Program-made: the position numbers and the translations under genes | DNA from: a virus | Taxonomy: Duplodnaviria > Heunggongvirae > Uroviricota > Caudoviricetes > Crassvirales | Virus record (IMG/VR): IMGVR_UViG_3300029521_000003 | Direction: 5' to 3' (one strand) | Length of the DNA: 36,367 bases | Part shown: piece after piece, positions 27,200 through 35,775 of the stretch | How the letters are laid out: each line of letters starts with the position of its first letter | Numbering within the stretch: position 1 is the first letter of the stretch | The notes under the pieces: generated by a model | The model's database searches: none | What the model saw: the letters and a program-made list of their open reading frames with translations, nothing else | What the model was told of the DNA's origin: nothing

Positions 27200-27514
27200 T
27201 ATAACAATCCCTTAAGCAGATTGGTTCTCTGCCAGAGTAAAGTTTCCAGTACCCCTACCATGACACTTCATTACAGGCGGTTAATCCCCAAGAGCACTTT
27301 ACCCTCAACCTTTTCTCATATACATAGGTGTGCTACTGTAACTTATAATCAAGGCATTTTTTAGCAGGATTTTCACCTCATCCACAGGCATACCAGCCTT
27401 TATATAAGCTCCCTATTTATGGGAGAAGTGGATTACTACCCTGTCAGCTCCAAAGCCTGAACTTCTGTAAGGGACTTCTTTGGAGGAGAAATTAGATGTA
27501 TAGTTCTAATTCTG
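27200..27514 (-). ncRNA. candidate structured ncRNA or long leader
   Basis: ORF-free, relatively GC-rich, several hairpins, directly downstream of the TATGTTTG element at 27518-27525. Confidence 0.35.
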
Positions 27515-27584
27515 GTGCAAACATACAAAAAATAAATGACATATCCAAATCTGAGACTATTATTTATGAAAGTTTAACTATTGA

Positions 27585-27890
27585 CTATATAATATGTTGT
27601 TCTTTTAAGGCTTTTAAACATCTTGCAGTCCATTCTACTAATGGTTCATCATTATCACAACTCATATATTGTCCAGTTTGGAATATAGAATGTACTATCT
27701 CATGTAGGACAGTAAGTTCAATTTCATCCTTTGAAAGTTTACTACCATCAGGCTTCTTTGTGCTAATGGTTATTACCCTTGAAGGACTCTCTGTTTCTCC
27801 AAATAACCATCTATCATTTTCATCAACTACTTCATCTACAAACTGTATTCTCCAAGTACTCCCAAATAAATTATAACTCTTCTCTTTCAT
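27585..27890 (-). CDS. small zincin-like (HExxH) protein
   Basis: TVLHEIVHSIF...DEPLVE. Promoter element TATCTTTG at 27907-27914. Confidence 0.7.
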   Translation of the reverse strand: MKEKSYNLFGSTWRIQFVDEVVDENDRWLFGETESPSRVITISTKKPDGSKLSKDEIELTVLHEIVHSIFQTGQYMSCDNDEPLVEWTARCLKALKEQHII

Positions 27891-28083
27891 ACTTTTAATT
27901 TTTGGTCAAAGATAAGTATATAGTAGATACTATCCAAATAATTTAATTTTTTTTTAATTTTTTTTTTGATTCATAGTCATGAGGGGGATATACACCAACC
28001 CCACCTCCCCCATCACTTAGCCAGTGGGGTCATACCCCCGTGGTTTAAACAATTATTCATTAACAATTTAAATCATTTACATT

Positions 28084-28344
28084 ATGGACAATCAGTTAAA
28101 ATTCCGTGAGACATTGACAGTTGAACAGTTTAAAGCAGCTCAACATGTGGACAAAATCCAAGTGAAACAGAATCCTAAGACCAACAAGCTGTTCTTCACC
28201 TTTGGTGCCAAGACAGGAGCTGTTGCAGTTAAGGGCATTCCTCAGCATCCTATGGTATCACAGGTTGAAACACCTGATGGTGAAGTATTCTGGTTGCTGC
28301 ATGAAGAAGGCACAGGTGGTGCACCAGTGTTGGCAACATTCTAA
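28084..28344 (+). CDS. hypothetical protein, first gene after the strand switch
   Basis: 86 aa, A-rich leader, followed by a terminator. Confidence 0.7.
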   Translation: MDNQLKFRETLTVEQFKAAQHVDKIQVKQNPKTNKLFFTFGAKTGAVAVKGIPQHPMVSQVETPDGEVFWLLHEEGTGGAPVLATF

Positions 28345-28349
28345 TGAAG

Positions 28350-28382
28350 GAGGGCTTTGCCCTCTTTCTGTTTTATTCTTTT
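28350..28382 (+). terminator. intrinsic terminator
   Basis: GAGGGC-TTT-GCCCTC plus T-rich tail. Confidence 0.6.
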
Positions 28383-28416
28383 GAGCATTAATAGTATCTT
28401 TTAAGCATTAATAGTT

Positions 28417-28566
28417 ATGGACAAGATAATTTGGTTAGATGGTCATACATCAAGTATAAACTCTGATGAAGCCTTCTCAAAGCAATACACTGAGAATGGT
28501 AATTGGCATATGAAGTATGCTGGTTCTACATTTGTTTGGATGGCTAATTGTTGGATGGAGATTTAA
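28417..28566 (+). CDS. small hypothetical protein (49 aa)
   Basis: MDKIIWLDGHTSSINSDEAFSKQYTENGNWHMKYAGSTFVWMANCWMEI*. Confidence 0.45.
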   Translation: MDKIIWLDGHTSSINSDEAFSKQYTENGNWHMKYAGSTFVWMANCWMEI

Positions 28567-29544
28567 TCTCTGTCCAATATACCATTTCTCTTAGTATTAA
28601 TAGTACTTGGGTCCCAAATATTCCCAAACTCCTTGGAAGATTAGGTATGGGCAGATAAATCTATTGGTATAAACAATGTCAAACCCCTTGAAAGAAAGGT
28701 ATGCTTTGTTCTTTAGATTATACTGAGTGCAGATTAGGTGAAACAGACTAATCAAGCACTAATATTTATTTCCAAGTATTATAGTACTCCAGAAGTGAAG
28801 TAGATAATAGGCTTTTTTATTTAGTACTTTCCCAGCTTATTATTTATTTCCACTTCTGGAGTGTTAATATCATTAACATCATTTGTTAGTGAGTATTAAT
28901 AGTACTTAGAAGAATATTGTATGCTTTGAGTAGTCTTTCTTTATGCTTTGAAGACTATAAAAGAGTGCAAGAATGAATAGGTCTTAAATGTCCTTTCTCT
29001 ATGCTTTCTTTCTATGTTTATTGAGTGTTTCAAACTATGATTGTTTGATGGTTCAAATGATGGAAGAGTGAGTGGTTTATCATATCATCTCACCCACATT
29101 ATGCCACAATCAAAGACATGTCAAAAAGAAAAAGAGGAGTAATAGAATAACTGAATTTACTGGTTACATTGTTAGACTAAACAATGCTTTTAGTTTAATT
29201 GGACCACAAAAAGGCATATAATAAGCACACAGTAAGCATACCAATGGGCTAATTTAGGCAATCAGATATGAATAATAGTAGCATTTGACAGAACACATGC
29301 CATTAAAATGTGTTAAGAAATGACTAATATATAATAGAATAAATGATAAGGATAAGATATTTGATGGTATTATATTGTAAGTGTTGACCACTTAGGAGAC
29401 TAAACAAACATCCACCTGAAAGATGAAATATTATAAATGAAGGCATATACAGAGTTGAGTCCACTGAGTACTAAGAGTAATTAAATTACTTCTTATACAA
29501 TAGGTGGTATATTACCAAGTATCCCCGAGGGATTTATAACTATT

Positions 29545-29576
29545 AACCGAGTAAAGGAAAAACCGAGTAAAGGAAA
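29545..29576 (+). repeat. 16-bp tandem duplication
   Basis: (AACCGAGTAAAGGAAA)x2. Confidence 0.85.
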
Positions 29577-29643
29577 ACTAAAAAGATAGTCAGCCTATTT
29601 AAGGAAGAGTACATGGGTGGATATAATAACATCAATATCAAAA

Positions 29644-29733
29644 GGCACATTAGCTCAGTGGTTAGAGCATCATATCCAATGATTTTAAAGGTAGTTGGAA
29701 TGAAGGTCACTGGTTCAAATCCAGTATGTGCTT
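29644..29733 (+). ncRNA. tRNA-like RNA with elongated anticodon arm
   Basis: GGCACAT/ATGTGCT acceptor, GCTC-AGTGGTTA-GAGC D arm, ACTGG-TTCAAAT-CCAGT T arm. The anticodon arm is about twice normal length. Confidence 0.75.
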
Positions 29734-29762
29734 CAATTATTAACAAACTAACTTATAAACAT

Positions 29763-29972
29763 ATGGGACATCCAAAATTTTTAAGCTATTGCAATAACCT
29801 TTATCAAAAGGTTGATTCTACAGAAGCTCACAAAGATAATCCTTTGTATATTCAATCATTCTATGGTGAAATAAACCTCAATCTACCAAAGTCATTATCA
29901 AACTATAATGACTTAGTATCCAGAGGATTTAAAGAGCCGGAAGAAAGAGAGTTATTAAGATTAATAAAATAA
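29763..29972 (+). CDS. hypothetical protein (likely start MGHPK)
   Basis: The upstream part of the track ORF overlaps the tRNA-like RNA. Confidence 0.55.
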   Translation: MGHPKFLSYCNNLYQKVDSTEAHKDNPLYIQSFYGEINLNLPKSLSNYNDLVSRGFKEPEERELLRLIK

Positions 29973-29974
29973 TT

Positions 29975-30181
29975 ATGGCAAAGGAATACAACAGAAGTAA
30001 CTGCGACTCTACATTAAGAGCTACAGTTACAGACCAATTGGGTAGAACAGTTTCACTGTTTGGGACACATGCTTTTGAATGGTCAATAGTAATTGCATCA
30101 AACAATAGCATCACTATGCAGACATTCTCCAAAGGAGATGTTGCAAGAAAAGAGTTCAATAAATATAAAAGAAAAAGATAA
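29975..30181 (+). CDS. hypothetical protein
   Basis: 68 aa, tightly packed with neighbours. Confidence 0.6.
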   Translation: MAKEYNRSNCDSTLRATVTDQLGRTVSLFGTHAFEWSIVIASNNSITMQTFSKGDVARKEFNKYKRKR

Positions 30182-30363
30182 TGGATTTAAAAGAATATAC
30201 TCAATTATTGAAGCATAATAGGTACACCCTGTATAAACACATAGGTAACAACCTTATTAATGTTGGGGATATTTATGCAAATACAGTTGAAGAAGCTGAG
30301 CATGTGGCATTATTGAATCACATTAAATATGATATTATTACAGTAACAGAATTCTTAAAATGA
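30181..30363 (+). CDS. hypothetical protein
   Basis: 60 aa, start overlaps the upstream stop. Confidence 0.55.
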   Translation: MDLKEYTQLLKHNRYTLYKHIGNNLINVGDIYANTVEEAEHVALLNHIKYDIITVTEFLK

Positions 30364-30512
30364 AAAATACATTCGGACTTATAGCAATAATGGGAGTATT
30401 ATCCACTATGTGTGGTATAGTCACTGAGATTACAGCAATAATAACAGTAATCTGTGGTATTCTTTACCTGTTTTATCCAACCACTAATATCAATAGATAT
30501 GAAGAAGATTAA
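30360..30512 (+). CDS. small membrane protein (50 aa)
   Basis: MKNTFGLIAIMGVLSTMCGIVTEITAIITVICGILYLF..., ATGA overlap. Confidence 0.5.
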   Translation: MKNTFGLIAIMGVLSTMCGIVTEITAIITVICGILYLFYPTTNINRYEED

Positions 30513-30729
30513 AATGATATTCAAGGGTATGTTGTTGTACATAACTGTCCTTGTAACCATGATATTCATGATGGGTGTAGATGGTATTTATGACCAAGGA
30601 TATTTCTTTTATGGTATAATGCTGGTGGCTGCACTTGTATTTGTGTGTTATAAAACTATTAATAAAGAAGAACTTGAGGTGCTTACATTATGTAAGTATC
30701 TCAATGATTCTGATGAAGAACTTAAATAA
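30499..30729 (+). CDS. two-TM membrane protein (likely start MKKIK)
   Basis: Two hydrophobic segments. Confidence 0.55.
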   Translation: MKKIKMIFKGMLLYITVLVTMIFMMGVDGIYDQGYFFYGIMLVAALVFVCYKTINKEELEVLTLCKYLNDSDEELK

Positions 30730-30739
30730 TCAATAAACT

Positions 30740-31480
30740 ATGGTACGGACAATTTATGTGGTCTATACAGACCAAAAACTGAGTTATTCAGAGACAAGAA
30801 AGATGAAACAATACATGTTCTTGTGTCCTTTTGATAATATCCAAGCAGGAGATATGATTAAGGATAAAAGATATTCTACTGCTATGCAGGTAGTAGGATG
30901 GGACAAGAACTCTTGTGAGGTTCAAGGTGGCATCAAACTTAAGGTCATAGAGCCTTTCTTGTTGAATGGAAAGGTAATGAACCAATGTACTGGAAGTGAT
31001 TTTGACATTGATAAACAAAGAAATAACATGGAAGAGAAAAGAAGTGTTTCCATATCTCTTGAAGAAGCAAGGGAATGGTATAAGAGTGGTAACAATGCCC
31101 TTAAAGCAATTGCATTGAAGGCTTACTCTGAAAATGAACTGGCTGGTTATGAATACATGAAGAGGCAAGTAAATACACAGCCCTCTGGATGCTCTATACC
31201 TTATTCAGAAAGAGATAAATGGGACACACTCCACAAATTAGCTATTATGGCTAAATACTACAATGGTAGTTGGGAAATGAAAGCTGGTAAGACTGGTTAT
31301 TTCATTGGCAAATCTTCTATGGGTGGTTCAGCAATAGTACAACAGGTAAATCTGACTGATGGCATTGCAATCTATGAACACAGAACTGTACAGTATGCAG
31401 GTATTGTGTACTTCAAGAGTGCTGAGGATGCAAAGAAAGCAGCCAAAATGCTTGGTGCTGATATAAGATACTTGTTTTAG
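30740..31480 (+). CDS. hypothetical protein
   Basis: 246 aa ORF. Confidence 0.7.
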   Translation: MVRTIYVVYTDQKLSYSETRKMKQYMFLCPFDNIQAGDMIKDKRYSTAMQVVGWDKNSCEVQGGIKLKVIEPFLLNGKVMNQCTGSDFDIDKQRNNMEEKRSVSISLEEAREWYKSGNNALKAIALKAYSENELAGYEYMKRQVNTQPSGCSIPYSERDKWDTLHKLAIMAKYYNGSWEMKAGKTGYFIGKSSMGGSAIVQQVNLTDGIAIYEHRTVQYAGIVYFKSAEDAKKAAKMLGADIRYLF

Positions 31481-31546
31481 GTATGTGCTTTAATTATAAG
31501 GTTAACTAAAGAGTAGCTCATGTTGTGAAACACAGCTACTTAAACT

Positions 31547-31618
31547 GCCCTCATAGTTCAGTGGATAGAACAAGAGTTTCCTAAACTTTAGACAGAAGTT
31601 CGAGTCTTCTTGGGGGTA
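31547..31618 (+). tRNA. tRNA-Arg(CCT)
   Basis: GCCCTCA/TGGGGGT acceptor, AGAGT-TTCCTAA-ACTTT. Confidence 0.85.
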
Positions 31619-31624
31619 CAATAA

Positions 31625-32063
31625 GGGGCATGGTTTGGCTTTGATTGCTAATTATTTGGTAAGAGAACATGCAAAGACTGATGGAAAGACATCAAACAAT
31701 TAACTGACAACACTTATAGAGTTGCTGCCTAAACAGGCTGAGCAGCACTTGCTTGGAAACAGAAAGGTGCAAAAGAAGTAAAACTCTTAGTTTGAATCTA
31801 TCATAGTTAGTGATATGGAGAAGGGCAACCTGAAACAGTGGTTATACAATAATAAATTATTGTATTAGGGGACTTCCCGCACTAAAGGGAAGTGTTAGAC
31901 TATGTAGAGCTTCAAGGATTTCTTGCATAGATTAATGCAAGTGGTGGATTGTGTTGATTTCTGGTCAACCCCAGTGGATAACTAACCACATCAAAAATAG
32001 TAAGCATGTGTAATTCTTTTATTAAAGATTGGTAAGACAAGGGTTCGAGTCCCTTATGCTCCA
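31625..32063 (+). ncRNA. ssrA: tmRNA
   Basis: GGGGCAT/ATGCTCC-A acceptor with G3:U70, 3' GAC-AAGGG-TTCGAGT-CCCTT T arm, tag frame DNTYRVAA* at 31706-31732. Confidence 0.9.
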
Positions 32064-32218
32064 CAACTGTAAATGGTTTCTAAAAGGTTCTGCGATACAA
32101 TAAATACAGAAACCAATTGCTAATAGGTAAGCTATAAAGGGTGTTATGGGCTGTCAGACATTTCTACCTTGTAAATCATATAGAAATGCTCAAGAGTAAA
32201 TTCTTAAAACTTAAATAT

Positions 32219-32446
32219 ATGCAAGTGATTATTAATTCCTCTGTTGTTGCAGATGGTGTAGCAGATTTACAAGTAGATTGCTACAAAAATGGGGTACTAT
32301 TATGTACAAAGTCCTTACTAAAAGCTACTCTTCTTGAGCAGCAATTAGTCTCTCATCACATTTCTTATACCAGATTTGGTGGAGAAAATGGTAAACAATT
32401 TGAAATTAACTGTAAATCAATTAGTGCATATAGCACAGAAGTATGA
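32219..32446 (+). CDS. hypothetical protein (likely start MQVII)
   Basis: Track ORF 32141..32446. ATGA overlap with the next gene. Confidence 0.5.
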   Translation: MQVIINSSVVADGVADLQVDCYKNGVLLCTKSLLKATLLEQQLVSHHISYTRFGGENGKQFEINCKSISAYSTEV

Positions 32447-32862
32447 AGAACTTTGAATACTATGGCTTATTTCTTACAGAAGAGAGTAAGGCTAAACTGA
32501 AGGCTTGGTTAATTGATTCTAACTATCGACCTGAAATCTTGAAGTCTGAAAAAGAGTATTTAGACCATTGTACAATGTTACATAAATCTCAAAGAGGAGA
32601 GGATACCTACCTTATAGAGGAAGACCTTAAGTTCATGTTATCTGTACAAGTTAAAAATATGCGCTTGGAAATTGATGGCATTGGTGTGTCAGATAAAGCT
32701 CTGGCATTCAGATGTAATCTATCAGAGGAACTATGTGCTAATAAAGTTCCACATATAACTATTTGTACATTTAATGGTGGTAAACCAGTGGATAGTAACA
32801 ATATTACTGAGTGGAAGGATATTAAACCAATTATTGTTGAAGCTAAATTAGGAAAGAAATAA
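32443..32862 (+). CDS. 2H phosphoesterase (cyclic phosphodiesterase-like)
   Basis: Two HxT motifs (DHCTM, PHITI) and C-terminal KPVDSNNI..W. Confidence 0.75.
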   Translation: MKNFEYYGLFLTEESKAKLKAWLIDSNYRPEILKSEKEYLDHCTMLHKSQRGEDTYLIEEDLKFMLSVQVKNMRLEIDGIGVSDKALAFRCNLSEELCANKVPHITICTFNGGKPVDSNNITEWKDIKPIIVEAKLGKK

Positions 32863-32879
32863 TAAAAGAAAGGAGTCTT

Positions 32880-33104
32880 ATGAATTACAAAGAAATGCTT
32901 GAGGCAGCTAAGTCTCATAGAGTTACTCATCCTTTAATGCAAGAAGCAGATAAAAGTTCTTGGGTGACATTTTGTGAAGGGTGTGGATATTGGCATAATG
33001 CTTCAGGAGAGGCTTTAGCTGATGAACAATTTCAAATTGACCTACAGGAAGCTATAACAGATAATCCAGCTCTTGAAGAAAATTGGGAAATAGTAAAAGA
33101 ATAA
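32880..33104 (+). CDS. hypothetical protein
   Basis: 74 aa ORF. Confidence 0.55.
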   Translation: MNYKEMLEAAKSHRVTHPLMQEADKSSWVTFCEGCGYWHNASGEALADEQFQIDLQEAITDNPALEENWEIVKE

Positions 33105-33191
33105 AGATATGAAAGTAGCTTATAGAAAAAGAGGGGTATTATTCATGTTAATTGCAACATGTAGTGGTAAACAACTAAAAATATATAAGTA

Positions 33192-33644
33192 ATGAATTTA
33201 GTAAAGATATTAGAAGGTAGGGAGGGTACATCATTATACTCTTCTTTATATGGGGAGTTAACATTGTTTAATATTAATGAAACAGATAAATTTCCTATTG
33301 CTTGTTATGTTATTGGAACAGGTGAAAAAGTGTACTTTACAAAGGAGGGACTCTATTTTAGAGAGTATAAGGATGCTGAATGTGTATTATTTCCATCAAA
33401 ATCTAACAGAAATTGGGAGAAATTCAGATATGACTTACCCAAAGGAACTCCTGTCATGGTCCGTAGTAATACTGAAAGTTCATGGATGTTTAGATATTAT
33501 GCTGGGGACAGTTATGCCTATTATAAACAAGAATCCTCTTGTAGAGATAAGAGTCAGTGGAAGTACATTATTCCTGTAGATAAATTCAACTTTAAAGACA
33601 GAACTTTTAATACAGAAGATAACTATGGTACAGCTAATAGGTGA
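33192..33644 (+). CDS. Bacteroidetes-phage hypothetical protein
   Basis: LYSSLYG...FTKEG...ECVLFPSK..R.W pattern. Confidence 0.65.
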   Translation: MNLVKILEGREGTSLYSSLYGELTLFNINETDKFPIACYVIGTGEKVYFTKEGLYFREYKDAECVLFPSKSNRNWEKFRYDLPKGTPVMVRSNTESSWMFRYYAGDSYAYYKQESSCRDKSQWKYIIPVDKFNFKDRTFNTEDNYGTANR

Positions 33645-34047
33645 GTTTATCCTGATTGGAGTAATAGGAGGATTGTTGGGCATATTCTACAGGAATTGTC
33701 TTAAGGCTGAGGGAATGATATTCAATGGATTTTATTATAGAATACTCAAACCTTGGGCTGAACTTGAAGATGATTTGGAAGAAGAATGTATATATTACAA
33801 ATTATCCTTTGCAGATAAATTAAGAAGGTGGGTATCTTATCCTCTTGGTTACTGTATATATTGCAGTTCTACTTGGATTACATTCTTCTTATGTGCATTA
33901 TGGTTCACTAACTGGCAATCATTGCCTGATTGGAATATGATAGTAATAGGAGTATTAGCTGCAACAGGTGTACAACATCTGGTAGTAGCTTGTGCTTGTA
34001 GATTCCTAATTTATAAACATCCAGATTTAGATGAAAACAACATTTGA
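33625..34047 (+). CDS. membrane protein with CxxC..TW motif
   Basis: PLGYCIYCSSTWI flanked by hydrophobic helices. Confidence 0.6.
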   Translation: MVQLIGEFILIGVIGGLLGIFYRNCLKAEGMIFNGFYYRILKPWAELEDDLEEECIYYKLSFADKLRRWVSYPLGYCIYCSSTWITFFLCALWFTNWQSLPDWNMIVIGVLAATGVQHLVVACACRFLIYKHPDLDENNI

Positions 34048-34133
34048 GTATGGCAAAGATTATTTGCCTGAGATTTGGTATTAAATAACAAAAGAATGTT
34101 AAGGGTGGAAATATATTTGCGTATCCTTTGACA

Positions 34134-34141
34134 TATCTTTG
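34134..34141 (+). promoter_or_regulatory. -7 promoter element upstream of Ro60
   Basis: TATCTTTG about 30 nt before ATG 34171. Confidence 0.6.
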
Positions 34142-34170
34142 CAGTGTCAATTAAATAAAGAAACAATTCT

Positions 34171-35589
34171 ATGGGAAAGTTAAATCCATTAGTGAAGCCA
34201 ACTTCAAAGTTGGATACAGAAAGACTGGCTGGTGGTTCAGGTGCATTGGCAGCTAAACAGAGTAATGTAGCATTATTGAGGAGAGCTGTATTAGCTAATC
34301 TTCTTTGGGAAGATGTTGCATATATGGATGGTAAGAAGGTAGCAGAAGAAATCAAAAGGTTAATACCCTTGTGTCCTGCCATTGATGTGTATAATATTGC
34401 TCTTGAAGCAAGATTAATGCAGAAGCTGAGACATACACCTCTATTCATAGCAGTGGAAATGTGTAAATATCCTGAACATAAGCTGTTTGTAGCTGACTTG
34501 TTGCCTAAGATTATTACAAGGGCTGATATGCTTACAGATTTCTTGGCATTATATTGGAAGGATGGTAAAAAGCCTATCTGTAACCAAGCTAAGAAAGGAT
34601 TGGCAGCAGCTTTTCATAATTTCAATGAATACAAGTTTGCTAAATATGACAGAGATGCAGCCATTAAGCTGAGAGATGTTATGTTCTTATGCAGACCTAA
34701 GCCAAACAATGATTATGAAACCAAGCTGTTCAAGAAGATAGCTGACAGGACTCTTACATCACCTGAAACATGGGAAGTATTACTTTCTGCTGGTGAAGAT
34801 AGGAAAGAGACTTGGACTAAACTAATCTTTGAGAATAAGATTGGTGGTTTGGCTATGTTGAGGAACATAAATAACATGAAGAAGGCAGATGTGGATAGAA
34901 GAGTTATTGTTGAGGGATTGACAAAACTCAGGTCTTCAATGTTATTACCTCTTGACTTCTTAAAGGCTAACAGGATGAATCCTGAGTTCAGTAGAGATAT
35001 TGAAGATGCTATGCTTGAAGCATACAAGAATCTACCTAAACTTCCGGGTAAAACCTTGTTTATAGTAGATGTCAGTGGTTCTATGGGTAGTCTTACTTCT
35101 GGTAATTCTCAGTTCAACAGAATGGACCAAGCATGTGCAATGGCTATGTTAGCTATTAATCAATGTGAGGACTATGAACTTGTTGCCACAGCAGGTAGTG
35201 ATGCAGCAAGAAAGCAAGCATCAGAACATATCAAGTATCCTCAAAAAGGATTTGGTGTATTCAATCAGATTATGGAAACCAGAAATAGAATTGGTGGTGG
35301 AGGTATCTTCACTAAACAATGTCTCGACTGGTGTAGAAACCAGTTTAAAGGAACCAAGTTTGATAGAATCATCATATTCTCAGATTCACAGGATATAGAC
35401 TTCTACTATAATAAGTCTATCCTTCCTGAGCCTTTTGGTCAGTACAATTACATTTGTGATGTATCAGCCAATACAAGAGGTGTGAATTATAGGGGTAGAT
35501 GGACTGCTGAGATTTCAGGTTGGTCAGAGCATTTTCTCACTTATATTGCAGCTTTAGAAGGCTTGCAGAATAAGTTTGAGGAACAATAA
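34171..35589 (+). CDS. Ro60/Rsr-like TROVE + vWA RNA-binding protein
   Basis: 472 aa. FNEYKFAKY, LRDVMFLCRPKP, PETWEVLLS, AMLRN motifs and vWA MIDAS DVSGSM ... SDSQD. Confidence 0.92.
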   Translation: MGKLNPLVKPTSKLDTERLAGGSGALAAKQSNVALLRRAVLANLLWEDVAYMDGKKVAEEIKRLIPLCPAIDVYNIALEARLMQKLRHTPLFIAVEMCKYPEHKLFVADLLPKIITRADMLTDFLALYWKDGKKPICNQAKKGLAAAFHNFNEYKFAKYDRDAAIKLRDVMFLCRPKPNNDYETKLFKKIADRTLTSPETWEVLLSAGEDRKETWTKLIFENKIGGLAMLRNINNMKKADVDRRVIVEGLTKLRSSMLLPLDFLKANRMNPEFSRDIEDAMLEAYKNLPKLPGKTLFIVDVSGSMGSLTSGNSQFNRMDQACAMAMLAINQCEDYELVATAGSDAARKQASEHIKYPQKGFGVFNQIMETRNRIGGGGIFTKQCLDWCRNQFKGTKFDRIIIFSDSQDIDFYYNKSILPEPFGQYNYICDVSANTRGVNYRGRWTAEISGWSEHFLTYIAALEGLQNKFEEQ

Positions 35590-35592
35590 TAT

Positions 35593-35677
35593 AATGCCAT
35601 TAGTGTATTACAGATTTACATCAATGAACTTTTAATTCGTGTAGATTACAAAAATCTGTTAAATGTTCTATGGCATT
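35593..35677 (+). ncRNA. Y-RNA-like unit 1
   Basis: AATGCCAT/ATGGCATT closing stem, TAGTG, ACAGATT/AATCTGT, TTACATC, GTTCT. Confidence 0.7.
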
Positions 35678-35684
35678 TTCTTAT

Positions 35685-35765
35685 AAGACATCATTAGTGA
35701 AGCAAAGAGTTACTTCCTAATGGTTATATGGCAATATTACTCTTTGCACTATTCTATGATGTCTT
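35685..35765 (+). ncRNA. Y-RNA-like unit 2
   Basis: AAGACATCAT/ATGATGTCTT, TAGTG, GCAAAGAGT/ACTCTTTGC, TTACTTC, ATTCT. Confidence 0.7.
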
Positions 35766-35775
35766 TTATTTTTAT

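Noticed and set aside
445..27876. Short plus-strand ORFs over the structural module and tRNA cluster
   Set aside because: They are antisense shadows of long minus-strand genes or tRNAs and lack recognisable motifs.
29545..29576. 16-bp tandem duplication as a functional element
   Set aside because: Only two intergenic copies with no further support. It is probably slippage or an assembly artefact.
29613..29762. N-terminal extension of ORF 29613..29972
   Set aside because: It runs through the tRNA-like RNA. ATG 29763 with an A-rich leader is the more plausible start.
29543..35398. Minus-strand and nested ORFs in the right arm (e.g. 30788-31168, 34011-34448, 34713-35027, 35165-35398)
   Set aside because: They overlap better-supported plus-strand genes.
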